From a virus: a stretch of 64,000 bases of DNA. Each line of letters opens with the position of its first letter. Position 1 is the stretch's first letter. The position numbers and the translations under genes are program-made. The notes under the pieces are model-generated. The model was given only the letters and a program-made list of their open reading frames with translations. It was not told the DNA's origin and did not search any database. Location: positions 1-64,000 of IMG/VR virus record IMGVR_UViG_3300037297_000195; one strand, 5' to 3'. This document shows positions 44,973 to 53,232 of this stretch, piece after piece.

Positions 44973-46351
44973 TCTTCCAATTCGCCAGCTTCTTCAAGCC
45001 TTTCGAATTCTGCGGCACATTTCTCAAAAGTATCGTCATCACAATCATCTGTTCCACAATCGTCATGATTATTGCATTCATGGCCAAATTTATAACCATT
45101 AGGGCATTTACCCGTTTTGGATTTATTTTGTTTTTTTGGCTTTTCTTCCGGGATTTCTATACCGAGCTGTTTGCAAAGCTCTTTAATGGCTCCCTTTTTT
45201 CCTCCGCTTCCCATACTTAAATCATTATCTTTTGCATATTGTTTTAATTCTTTGAGGGACATGCTATTAATCTGGTCAAAAGTTATTTTTTCATCTACTT
45301 CTAATTCTCCCCCTATGGTATTTTCTTTTAATTCATCAATCAGTTCTCTTAAATTTTCCCGAAGAACTTTTGTCTTTTTGGGCAAATCATCAATTTCAGC
45401 ATTGAACTGTGCATTCAGTTTTTCGCAAAGTTCTTCAAGTTCCTCTCTATCCATTTCATCAATATCCAGACTTTCAAGGTCTAAATCTTTATCGGCTTTG
45501 GGTTCCTCCGGCTCGGGATCAGGCTCTTTCTCCTCTTTCTTTTCAACCGGTTTCGATCTTTCAGCCCTGGTCGGCCTTTCTTCTTCCTGTTCTTCGTCGG
45601 GAGTTACGCCTTCAAAAATGTCTTTAACTTGATCGTAAGAGGGTTTTTTAATCATAGTATCCAGGGGAAGAGCTTTATCGCCATATTTTTCAAAAATTTC
45701 ATCGGGATCTATCTCAACGAAATGATAATTAGATGGCCTTGTATATGTTACTGTTTTCTTTCCTTCTGAAAAAACTTCTTCGTCTATTCTCAAGCTGATA
45801 CCGACTTCACACAAGTTGTCAATTTCGTCTTCTTGTGCTTTGGCTTCCTTCCAAACATCCTTCTCGAAAAAATGCTGATTTGCGGAGAACAAACCGAATT
45901 CACCGGTTTTCAGATTAACAGCATTATAATAACAAATCGGATTCCATTTAGGCCGAAGATCCTTGTCTTTCGTGGCTTCTGCTTCTTCACAGATCGGGCA
46001 AGGCAACCCGAAAGTTTTGGATAAACAAATAACAGTTTCGGTATTCGGGCCAATACCTTTGTGAACATACACTTGGGCTTTATACCACAATTCCCCCTTT
46101 TCAAATTCGGCTTCAGCACTATAGATACCGCTATAAAGTCCCGATACTTCATAAGGGACAAGAGCAATATCGTATCGTTTTTCTTTCTCCATTTTCAAAA
46201 ACTTGGCATCTTCATAGCCTTCGAAAGAAATAAATCCGCCACCACTGCCAGTAGTCACGACGGTTTTTTCTCTTTTCTGCCGAGCTTTCATCTTCTCTAA
46301 ACGTTCATTCCTGCTTTTCTTCGCCATTAAATTTAACTCCTTTTTCTTCAA
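44969..46351 (-). CDS. ssDNA-binding protein candidate (gp32-like Zn module) with acidic linker, HeH/SAP-like motif and C-terminal Cys cluster
   Basis: CLSKTFGLPCPICEE is a Zn-ribbon in a beta-rich N-terminal domain. There are long Glu/Asp/Lys linkers, LKELKQYAKDNDLSMGSGGKKGAIKELCKQLGI, and an acidic end ...EEAGELEE. Position is next to recA. Confidence 0.4.
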   Translation of the reverse strand: MKKKELNLMAKKSRNERLEKMKARQKREKTVVTTGSGGGFISFEGYEDAKFLKMEKEKRYDIALVPYEVSGLYSGIYSAEAEFEKGELWYKAQVYVHKGIGPNTETVICLSKTFGLPCPICEEAEATKDKDLRPKWNPICYYNAVNLKTGEFGLFSANQHFFEKDVWKEAKAQEDEIDNLCEVGISLRIDEEVFSEGKKTVTYTRPSNYHFVEIDPDEIFEKYGDKALPLDTMIKKPSYDQVKDIFEGVTPDEEQEEERPTRAERSKPVEKKEEKEPDPEPEEPKADKDLDLESLDIDEMDREELEELCEKLNAQFNAEIDDLPKKTKVLRENLRELIDELKENTIGGELEVDEKITFDQINSMSLKELKQYAKDNDLSMGSGGKKGAIKELCKQLGIEIPEEKPKKQNKSKTGKCPNGYKFGHECNNHDDCGTDDCDDDTFEKCAAEFERLEEAGELEE

Positions 46352-46438
46352 AATAAGATTTAAAAATAGCTTTCGATATCAACCTCGAAAGTAAATAAAT
46401 TAAAAATATTCCCAGTGGAATCCCGATTAAGTAATACA

Positions 46439-46459
46439 CATTATTTCTGTTTCCTCCTT
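46439..46459 (-). repeat. 21-nt direct repeat (RBS+ATG), copy 1
   Basis: Plus strand CATTATTTCTGTTTCCTCCTT is identical to 46566..46586. On the minus strand it reads AAGGAGGAAACAGAAATAATG. This copy heads only a 4-codon ORF (MCIT). Confidence 0.8.
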
Positions 46460-46568
46460 ATTGATCCTTTTTTATTTTTAGCAACACTCTTCCCCTTGTC
46501 CTTATCTTTTTAACAACATAAACAACGCCATTTATATTTAATTCATCACCAACTTTTAGTTCTTGCAT
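46458..46568 (-). CDS. 36-aa basic mini-protein
   Basis: Starts at the ATG of repeat copy 2 (TAATG overlap with the upstream stop). Sequence MQELKVGDELNINGVVYVVKKIRTRGRVLLKIKKDQ. Confidence 0.35.
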   Translation of the reverse strand: MQELKVGDELNINGVVYVVKKIRTRGRVLLKIKKDQ

Positions 46569-46586
46569 TATTTCTGTTTCCTCCTT
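46566..46586 (-). repeat. 21-nt direct repeat (RBS+ATG), copy 2
   Basis: Identical to 46439..46459. Confidence 0.8.
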
Positions 46587-47056
46587 TGCATTGCTTTCTT
46601 AGTAGCCTTTTCCCCTTCCTTAATTTCTTTCATCCCCCTGACGCCTGGTTTCAATTCCTTGCATTCGGGGCCGGAATAATAATTCATTTCCAAAAGCTTT
46701 ACGGCATATTCAAGGGCGGTTTTTTTATGCCGAATAGCTCGTAATGCTGCTTGGGCATAGCCGAGTTCCTCTCTGGCCTTATTCATTTCTCGTGATAACT
46801 TGATAACGTCTATATCTTCCATAACAAGAGAAGCAATTAACGCCTCAGTTAATTTTTTGAAACGATCTCCTTCCGGATTTTCCCTGATTTCAAGTTCGAT
46901 TTTCGATTTGCAAATATCCAATTCCAATTTAGCATCATCGTATTTTCTTTGTGCCTCTGCAACTATTCTCCCATATTCATCGGCAAGGGAAGGTTGTCTA
47001 AGCCATTCTTCTTCCAACCCAAACGGATCGATTGCTTTATCTCTTTCAAAATCCAT
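46568..47056 (-). CDS. coiled-coil hypothetical protein
   Basis: The track's start at 47137 is a TTG. ATG 47056 (MDFERDK...) about 6 nt after GGAGAGGA, just past the upstream stop, is preferred. Confidence 0.45.
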   Translation of the reverse strand: MDFERDKAIDPFGLEEEWLRQPSLADEYGRIVAEAQRKYDDAKLELDICKSKIELEIRENPEGDRFKKLTEALIASLVMEDIDVIKLSREMNKAREELGYAQAALRAIRHKKTALEYAVKLLEMNYYSGPECKELKPGVRGMKEIKEGEKATKKAMQRRKQK

Positions 47057-47057
47057 T

Positions 47058-47405
47058 TTATTCCTCTCCATAATAAATACATTTATTTGTTGTTTGTTCA
47101 AGGTTCGAAATGACGGGATAGTGATACCCCCATTCAAGATATCCCAAATTAACCAGCCTTTCCCAAATTTCAGACCGGCTTATTGTGTTAAAACTTTCTT
47201 TTTTGGCTAAGGCCAAATTTGCTCTTAATCTTGCATATCTTCTACCTTCTGTTTTGCATGGGTTGTCTTTCTTGGAGCAAATAGCAATTCCCGCTGATAA
47301 TATTTTATCTCCTTCCCAAATTTCACACCGAGTTACAATTGGTTTTCTTTCAATATCCCTTAGATAAGAATATCTATAATCTAAACCCAATTTTGGATCG
47401 ATCAT
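47058..47405 (-). CDS. hypothetical protein (weak Phage_gp49_66-like pattern)
   Basis: 115 aa. ILSAGIAICSKKDNPCKTEGRRYARLRA resembles the G.a.c...D.f....Gr.iA motif. Confidence 0.4.
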   Translation of the reverse strand: MIDPKLGLDYRYSYLRDIERKPIVTRCEIWEGDKILSAGIAICSKKDNPCKTEGRRYARLRANLALAKKESFNTISRSEIWERLVNLGYLEWGYHYPVISNLEQTTNKCIYYGEE

Positions 47406-47599
47406 AATTTTGATCTAATCGCAGCAATGATGACGAAAATAATCAGAATCCCTATGCCCAATCCAGCACTTATCCATATGGGTGACAATACCCACCACCA
47501 TGACCAATTAATTGTTCCAACCAATTTCAAAACGATAAAAACAATTGTTAATAGGCCGGTGAATCCAATTCCACCAGAAGCTGTTGAGCTTTCACTCAT
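47402..47599 (-). CDS. membrane protein (2 TM helices)
   Basis: Hydrophobic segments GLLTIVFIVLKLVG and LSPIWISAGLGIGILIIFVIIAAI. First ORF after promoter-motif copy 2. GGGAGG RBS. Confidence 0.5.
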   Translation of the reverse strand: MSESSTASGGIGFTGLLTIVFIVLKLVGTINWSWWWVLSPIWISAGLGIGILIIFVIIAAIRSKL

Positions 47600-47644
47600 A
47601 ATAATCCTCCCTTAAAATTAATAAAACTGTTAAAAAGTTCTCTT

Positions 47645-47675
47645 CCTATTATATCCAAAAATCCTCAAAATCTGC
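47645..47675 (-). promoter_or_regulatory. conserved promoter-like 31-mer, copy 2
   Basis: Minus strand GCAGATTTTGAGGATTTTTGGATATAATAGG, with TATAAT at 47648-47653. Intergenic. Confidence 0.55.
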
Positions 47676-47683
47676 CGATTAAT

Positions 47684-48595
47684 TTAGTCATTTATTGCCC
47701 TGGAGCAAAATAAAGCCAGTTTGTTTTTGCCTGAGTCAAAAAAGGTGTCTTCTTCAAAAATTTCCAATAAAATTTGGGCTTGCATATCCGGCTTATCTCT
47801 GCCAATTAAAGCCCATCTCAATTTACCAGTGATTGCTCTTCTGATTGTTTCCGGGTTTTCTTTTTCCAAAGCGATTAATAATTTTCTAACTTTTGACCAC
47901 GATTGTTTTTTTAATAGCGCTTCATAAAGATCCTTAATTTCTGCTGAATTTTCAAGAGAATTAAAATTCTGTTCCAGCATTTCCTCTTGACTTAAATTAA
48001 TAATCCCATTAATCATTACCAAGGCTTCGCGGGGGCTACCTTCTGCGGCATCAATAATTTTTGCTTGAACCTCTTTCGGGATTTGCTTCCTTGTTTTAAC
48101 GGCAACTTTTTTAATTAATAATCCCATTTCGGAATCGGTTAGTAATTCGGTCTGATAGCTCTGCATTCTCGATCTGAGAGGCGCAATCAATTTTTGAGGA
48201 TCAGTGGTGCAGAGAAAAAAGAAAACGTGCTCAGGGGGTTTTTCAGTTGGTTTAAGCAGCGCATTTTGGAAGTCTTTCGTTGTTTGGTGGACTTCATCAA
48301 TGATATAGGCTTTGTTCTGATCTTTTATTAGTGGTCGATACGGCAAAGTTTGAATAATTTCCCTTGCCGTATCAATGCCTCTGTTATCCCCGGTATTAAT
48401 TTCAGTGATATCACAATTGAAATTCATGGCCATAATTCGAGCAAGAGAAGTTTTTCCGCTTCCCCTTGGGCCATGAAACAGGTATGATTGTGGCGGATCA
48501 TCATTATCCAGAATTGATTGTAGGCTTTTAACTGTTTTGATATTACCTACAATCTCTGATAATTTTGTTGGCCTTAATTCGTTATGTAATTGCAT
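47684..48595 (-). CDS. clamp loader ATPase (DnaX / RFC-small-subunit-like)
   Basis: RPTKLSEIVGN...YLFHGPRGSGKTSLARI (Walker A), YIIDEVHQ (Walker B), FFFLCTT and SRMQ (SRC-like). ATG 48595 after AAGGAAAA is preferred over track start 48685. Confidence 0.8.
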   Translation of the reverse strand: MQLHNELRPTKLSEIVGNIKTVKSLQSILDNDDPPQSYLFHGPRGSGKTSLARIMAMNFNCDITEINTGDNRGIDTAREIIQTLPYRPLIKDQNKAYIIDEVHQTTKDFQNALLKPTEKPPEHVFFFLCTTDPQKLIAPLRSRMQSYQTELLTDSEMGLLIKKVAVKTRKQIPKEVQAKIIDAAEGSPREALVMINGIINLSQEEMLEQNFNSLENSAEIKDLYEALLKKQSWSKVRKLLIALEKENPETIRRAITGKLRWALIGRDKPDMQAQILLEIFEEDTFFDSGKNKLALFCSRAIND

Positions 48596-48605
48596 TATTT
48601 TTTCC

Positions 48606-48866
48606 TTAATGCGGCCTGTCAATAGGATCTTCAGGTTCGGTTGGTTCAGGGGTAGGCGCGGGGCTAGGGCTAATATCCGGGCCATTAGCTGGTGTTTCCC
48701 CCTTGTGCGCTAAATATTCAGTATTTTTATAATATGGATTTTGGTATCTAATATTTCTTTGTTTGGGATAATCGAAAATATATCCAGACTTTGCCCTCGA
48801 AAACCATCCATGGGCGCATCCAGATAGACTAAAAACGATCATGAAGATAAAAATTATTTTTCTCAT
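48606..48866 (-). CDS. lipoprotein (signal peptide + lipobox)
   Basis: MRKIIFIFMIVFSLSGC has an L-S-G-C lipobox. The mature part is Pro/Tyr-rich. Confidence 0.65.
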   Translation of the reverse strand: MRKIIFIFMIVFSLSGCAHGWFSRAKSGYIFDYPKQRNIRYQNPYYKNTEYLAHKGETPANGPDISPSPAPTPEPTEPEDPIDRPH

Positions 48867-51800
48867 TATTTATGCTCCTTATAAAGATTAACAAAATTTT
48901 CAATACCCAATTCAAACGCTTCCCGGTTTGAATTGTTCCTCAAAACAGAGCTGGGATGCATCCCCCAACATACCCAAATTTTATATTTAGGAATATATTC
49001 TGTTGTTCCTGCCTTTTTTGTAATTCCCCCTTTCTCTCCCGTTAATGCAAATAATGGTATGTTCCCTAATGCCAAAACTAATGGGTTTTCCAATGAGATT
49101 AATTCATCTTTCAACCATTCCGAACATGCCTCAATATGCTCCTGCTGGGGTGTTTTGATTCGTTTTCCGGGATAGCATTTACACGTGTTCATCACGTGGA
49201 AAAGTTTTCTGATTAATTTGTATTTGCCAAACTCATCCCATAAAAGCTTACCCGCTTTCCCAATAAGATTTTTACCATCTCTATCCTCTTCCCATCCAGG
49301 AGCTTCGGCCAGAATTACGGCATTTGTCAAGCCAATTTCAGACAAGACAGGCTTTTTACACTCATCCCTCAGTTTACATTTTTCGCATTTCGATACTTTT
49401 TTGTTGATATATTTGATACCTCTTTTCACTTCAATTGGCGGCCTATTGCAATCAGGGAATTGGAAATCAAAATAATTAGCACATTGATCATTCGGCAATT
49501 TCGAACTATCATAGGCGTTAATACTTTTGAGAATCCCATCTATTGATGGGGATATACTTGGGGCCATATCAAAAAAGCCGGTCCTTTTTTTTGTTTTCAA
49601 TTTAGAACATTCAATGGCCGTTTTCTCTCCAATCCCTTTAATGGAGATAAATGGTGCAATTAATTTTCCATTTTTAGCAACCCAATGATGGGAATCGGAC
49701 AAATCAATTTTGGGTGCTAATATTTCAAGGTTAAGTCTGTTTGCTTCCTCTAATAATGATTCTTTTTGATCTTCCCTTCCATATGTCAAGGCAGAACAAA
49801 TAAATTCAACTGAATAATGGATTTTTAACCAAGCACACCAATAACCTAATAAGGCATAAGCGGTAGAATGGCTCTTATTAAAACTATAAGAAGCATGTTT
49901 TTTGATATCTTCCCAAAAATCTATCCCCTGTTGAATTGTTATCTTATCAAGCTTTTTAACGCCTTCCAAGAACTTTTTTCGATATGGTTCAAGTTTTTTT
50001 ACATCCTGTTTTTTTGCTAATATTTTTCTGATTTCTTCGGCTTCAGTTAAAGTCATTCCGGCAATTTTGTTTAAAAATTGCATGACTTGTTCCTGATAAA
50101 CAATTAATCCAAATGTATCTTTAGTAATTTCGTCATATTCAAAAGAGGATGAAGGTTCGTATAATTCACCATGCCGTCTTTCAATATACTTTTCCGTTAC
50201 TCCTGAATCAGCCGGTCCTGGACGAACAAGGGCAATGGCCGCAATCATATCGTTAAAATTTCTTGGCCTTAAATCCTTGGCTAATTTGGTCATGGCCCAT
50301 GTTTGCCACTGAAAAATACCAACCGTATTCCCTTCAGACAATTCAGAAAAAACTCTTTCATCGTTTAATGGAACATGAGGAAGCGATTTGTTAATGGGGC
50401 AAACATATTCAGATTCATGCATTAATGTTGATTCTTTATTGATGAAAATATGTTTGCCGTTAACAAGGAAAAAGCTATTCCCATAATTTTCTTTAATTAA
50501 ATCCAAAGCGCCATACAATACCGAAAGCGTATCCAGTCTTAATAAATCTAATTTTATTAATCCTAAATACTCGGTGTCATTCATTTCCCAATTAACAATT
50601 TTTTCGTTTTTCCTCTGAAGCAAAACGCCACGACCAGATTCATCAAGAGCATTGGGGGAAAGGATTAATGCAGCCGCATGTTGACCGGCCTGTCTTACAA
50701 CCCCTTCCAATTTAATAGCATGGTTGACAACCCGGTGATATTTTTTCTTAAATTGTTTGGCATTATCATCTTGTTCGCAATATGTTTTTAAAACCTGACC
50801 ATCTTCGGCAATGTCGTATGAAATGCCTTTAGCAAAATCATCAACTTCATCCAGATCAACACCAAATACCCTGGCCACATCACGGATAACCATTTTTGCT
50901 TTTGTGCGGCCAAAAGTTGAAATGCCAGCGATATTATTTTCACCATAAACGGTTTCCAGATGAGCTTTAACCAGATCCCTTTTTTGATCGCTGACGTCAA
51001 TATCAATATCCGGCCAGTCTTTACGATTTTCATTAATAAAGCGTTCAAAAATTAAATTATATTCAAGCGGATCTACTTGAGTAATTCCCAAAGCAAAGGC
51101 AACCAAGCTACCACCAACAGAGCCACGTCCAGGACCAATAGGTATTCCATTTTCCTTACTCCAATCAATCATATCTTTCACAATTAAAAAATATTTTGCA
51201 AATTCTTTTTTCTTAATAACAGACAATTCATATTTAATTCTGTTATTATAATCATCATACTGGAATTCATTTAGCCCAATTTCCTTAAGCCCTTGCCAAG
51301 TAAGCTTTTCTAATTCTCTCTGGATTATTGCTTCACTTTTCCCCTTGAATTTTGGTGGAGCGGGGATTGAAATTTCTTTCTTTTCTATCTCAAAATCAAT
51401 CATATCGGCTATCCTTTTTGTATTGCTGATAGCCTTCATATATTCTTTCTTGGTCCAGAAATTTTGGGCCTCAAAGGAATCCATCATTTCTTTTTTTGAT
51501 TTAAGATAAAATCCATCTGTTTTAAATCGGAATCTGTCTGGATCATTCCATGTTCGTTTAGTCTGAATTGCTAATAACACTTCATGAGTTTTGGTATCAT
51601 CTTCGTTAACATAATGACAGTCATTCGTAGCAACCAAGGGAGCATATGATTTTAATTCAGAAATAATTTCATGAATTTCTTTTTGAATCGGCAGAATATG
51701 AGGCATTATCTCAAGAAAAACCGGTATTTTTAGATCAACCATTTCAAGAAATAAATCTCTACCTTGTTCGTCATTAAGAAAAGATATGCCGCATCCGGTC

Positions 51801-52198
51801 AGAAATATTAAACCATCATTTTGTCTTGATGAAATATATTGCCTGATTAATGAGTAATCAATTCTTGGTTTTTTATAAAATCCCTCAAGGTTTGCCTTAG
51901 AAAGCATGTTACAAAGCGCTTTCCAGCCGGATTCATTTCTAATTAGAATTGTGATGTGATAACGGGTTTCCTTTTCTTTTTTAAATCGGTCAGGAACAAT
52001 ATAGGCTTCACATCCCAATATCGGTTTTATGCCAGCCTTTTTGCATTCAGATTGAAATTTAATTAAACCATCTATGTTCCCATGGTCCGTGCAAGCCAAA
52101 GCGCTCATGCCCAATTCTGAAGCCCTTTGAGCATATTTCTGAGCAGAACCAAGGCCGTCAAGGATGGAGTATTCCGTATGGACGTGTAGATGGATCAT
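48866..52198 (-). CDS. dnaE: DNA polymerase III alpha (DnaE-type) fused to C-terminal family-4 uracil-DNA-glycosylase-like domain
   Basis: PHP motif MIHLHVHTEYSILDG, polymerase core (GRGSVGGSLVAFALGIT, PDIDID) and HhH IKGIGEKTA. The last ~173 aa are CEKCKL..C...AVILAEAPGWEEDRDGKNLIGKAGKLLW...NTCKCYP...GMHPSSVLRN, the UDG family 4 pattern. Confidence 0.9.
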   Translation of the reverse strand: MIHLHVHTEYSILDGLGSAQKYAQRASELGMSALACTDHGNIDGLIKFQSECKKAGIKPILGCEAYIVPDRFKKEKETRYHITILIRNESGWKALCNMLSKANLEGFYKKPRIDYSLIRQYISSRQNDGLIFLTGCGISFLNDEQGRDLFLEMVDLKIPVFLEIMPHILPIQKEIHEIISELKSYAPLVATNDCHYVNEDDTKTHEVLLAIQTKRTWNDPDRFRFKTDGFYLKSKKEMMDSFEAQNFWTKKEYMKAISNTKRIADMIDFEIEKKEISIPAPPKFKGKSEAIIQRELEKLTWQGLKEIGLNEFQYDDYNNRIKYELSVIKKKEFAKYFLIVKDMIDWSKENGIPIGPGRGSVGGSLVAFALGITQVDPLEYNLIFERFINENRKDWPDIDIDVSDQKRDLVKAHLETVYGENNIAGISTFGRTKAKMVIRDVARVFGVDLDEVDDFAKGISYDIAEDGQVLKTYCEQDDNAKQFKKKYHRVVNHAIKLEGVVRQAGQHAAALILSPNALDESGRGVLLQRKNEKIVNWEMNDTEYLGLIKLDLLRLDTLSVLYGALDLIKENYGNSFFLVNGKHIFINKESTLMHESEYVCPINKSLPHVPLNDERVFSELSEGNTVGIFQWQTWAMTKLAKDLRPRNFNDMIAAIALVRPGPADSGVTEKYIERRHGELYEPSSSFEYDEITKDTFGLIVYQEQVMQFLNKIAGMTLTEAEEIRKILAKKQDVKKLEPYRKKFLEGVKKLDKITIQQGIDFWEDIKKHASYSFNKSHSTAYALLGYWCAWLKIHYSVEFICSALTYGREDQKESLLEEANRLNLEILAPKIDLSDSHHWVAKNGKLIAPFISIKGIGEKTAIECSKLKTKKRTGFFDMAPSISPSIDGILKSINAYDSSKLPNDQCANYFDFQFPDCNRPPIEVKRGIKYINKKVSKCEKCKLRDECKKPVLSEIGLTNAVILAEAPGWEEDRDGKNLIGKAGKLLWDEFGKYKLIRKLFHVMNTCKCYPGKRIKTPQQEHIEACSEWLKDELISLENPLVLALGNIPLFALTGEKGGITKKAGTTEYIPKYKIWVCWGMHPSSVLRNNSNREAFELGIENFVNLYKEHK

Positions 52199-52389
52199 TC
52201 TTTTTCGCTTTCATCATAAGCACGATGGGCTTTTTCATTTAAACATAAATTTGCCGAATTGATATAATGACAATTATAATAACAAAATGGCACAACTATT
52301 GGCTCATAAAAATCACAATTTCTTCCTCTCTCATTCAATGTTAAAGAACAAATATATATCCCTGTAATTGACTTCATACACCCATTCAT
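52195..52389 (-). CDS. Cys-rich mini-protein
   Basis: 64 aa with 6 Cys. ATGA overlaps. Confidence 0.4.
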   Translation of the reverse strand: MNGCMKSITGIYICSLTLNERGRNCDFYEPIVVPFCYYNCHYINSANLCLNEKAHRAYDESEKE

Positions 52390-52802
52390 TTCACTAACCC
52401 CATTTCTTTAAAACGAGCAAGATTTCTGGCTTCTCTTTCCAATATTTCATTCATTTCTTTCGTAATATCTTCTCCCTGATAATAAATAGGAATGTCATTT
52501 TGAAAGGCGAAATAAATTTCATTCTTGGTTTCTTCAGAATCAAATAAGGGGTAATCAAAAATAGTCAAAGCCAAAATATCAGACCGTTTAAGCAATTCCA
52601 AAGCCCCTTCAAGCCAAGCTTCATCCGGCAAAATGCCATCAAATAAAGCTGTATTCATATGCGGGCAGATAACTGTATAGCCTAATTCCCAATATTCTAT
52701 AGCCGTTTTTTCAGCCAACCTAATATTTTCAACGGTTTCCCTGATAGTATCCGCTCGATATGGGCCAGCAATGTAAACTACTTTTTCTCTTTTATTCCCC
52801 AT
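52386..52802 (-). CDS. nucleoside 2-deoxyribosyltransferase-like protein (DUF1937/DUF4406 type)
   Basis: VVYIAGPYRADT...AEKTAIEYWELGYTVICPHMN...LLKRSDILALT...ETKNEI..A.QNDIPIYY follows the YIAGPY...G..V.sP......cD.l.........E......PV pattern. Confidence 0.45.
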   Translation of the reverse strand: MGNKREKVVYIAGPYRADTIRETVENIRLAEKTAIEYWELGYTVICPHMNTALFDGILPDEAWLEGALELLKRSDILALTIFDYPLFDSEETKNEIYFAFQNDIPIYYQGEDITKEMNEILEREARNLARFKEMGLVK

Positions 52803-52978
52803 TCTTCACCTCCGATATGAGTAAAATTTTCATCAATTAATTCCCAAATTCTTTGTTGTTCTTCTGCATCTTCAGACTGGATATTTATTTCAAATATTTT
52901 GGATATAGGGCGTAATTCTACCCAATCATTCTCTACATACTCTTCACATTTTGTTTCTATATTATAATGCAAAATCAT
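52778..52978 (-). CDS. hypothetical protein
   Basis: 66-aa acidic ORF on the same strand, overlapping its neighbours. Confidence 0.4.
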   Translation of the reverse strand: MILHYNIETKCEEYVENDWVELRPISKIFEINIQSEDAEEQQRIWELIDENFTHIGGEEWGIKEKK

Positions 52979-53232
52979 TTCCCAACTCCAAACAGTCTTT
53001 TAATTAATTTACAATGTTTAAATAAATCACAATATTCTTTATCCCCTCTGACTTCCCCAACTGTCGCAAATTCTGTTTCTGATACCCTTCCATTTATAGG
53101 GTCGAAATATTCTCTCTTAGAAATGATCCTTTCTCTACATACATAAATATAGCTTGCGGAAAATTGATTATATTTTAGATCAAAACTTTTGCAATTAGCA
53201 CAAGCATTCACTTTATGTTTTTCTCTTTTCAT
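52975..53232 (-). CDS. Cys-rich mini-protein
   Basis: CANC...C...C pattern. ATGA overlaps. Confidence 0.4.
   Translation of the reverse strand: MKREKHKVNACANCKSFDLKYNQFSASYIYVCRERIISKREYFDPINGRVSETEFATVGEVRGDKEYCDLFKHCKLIKRLFGVGK

Noticed and set aside
45117-45632. 171-aa plus-strand Ser/Phe-rich ORF (and 59144..59677, 177 aa) antisense to minus-strand genes
   Set aside because: They mirror Glu/Lys-rich coding regions, have no RBS, and run against the direction of the whole module.
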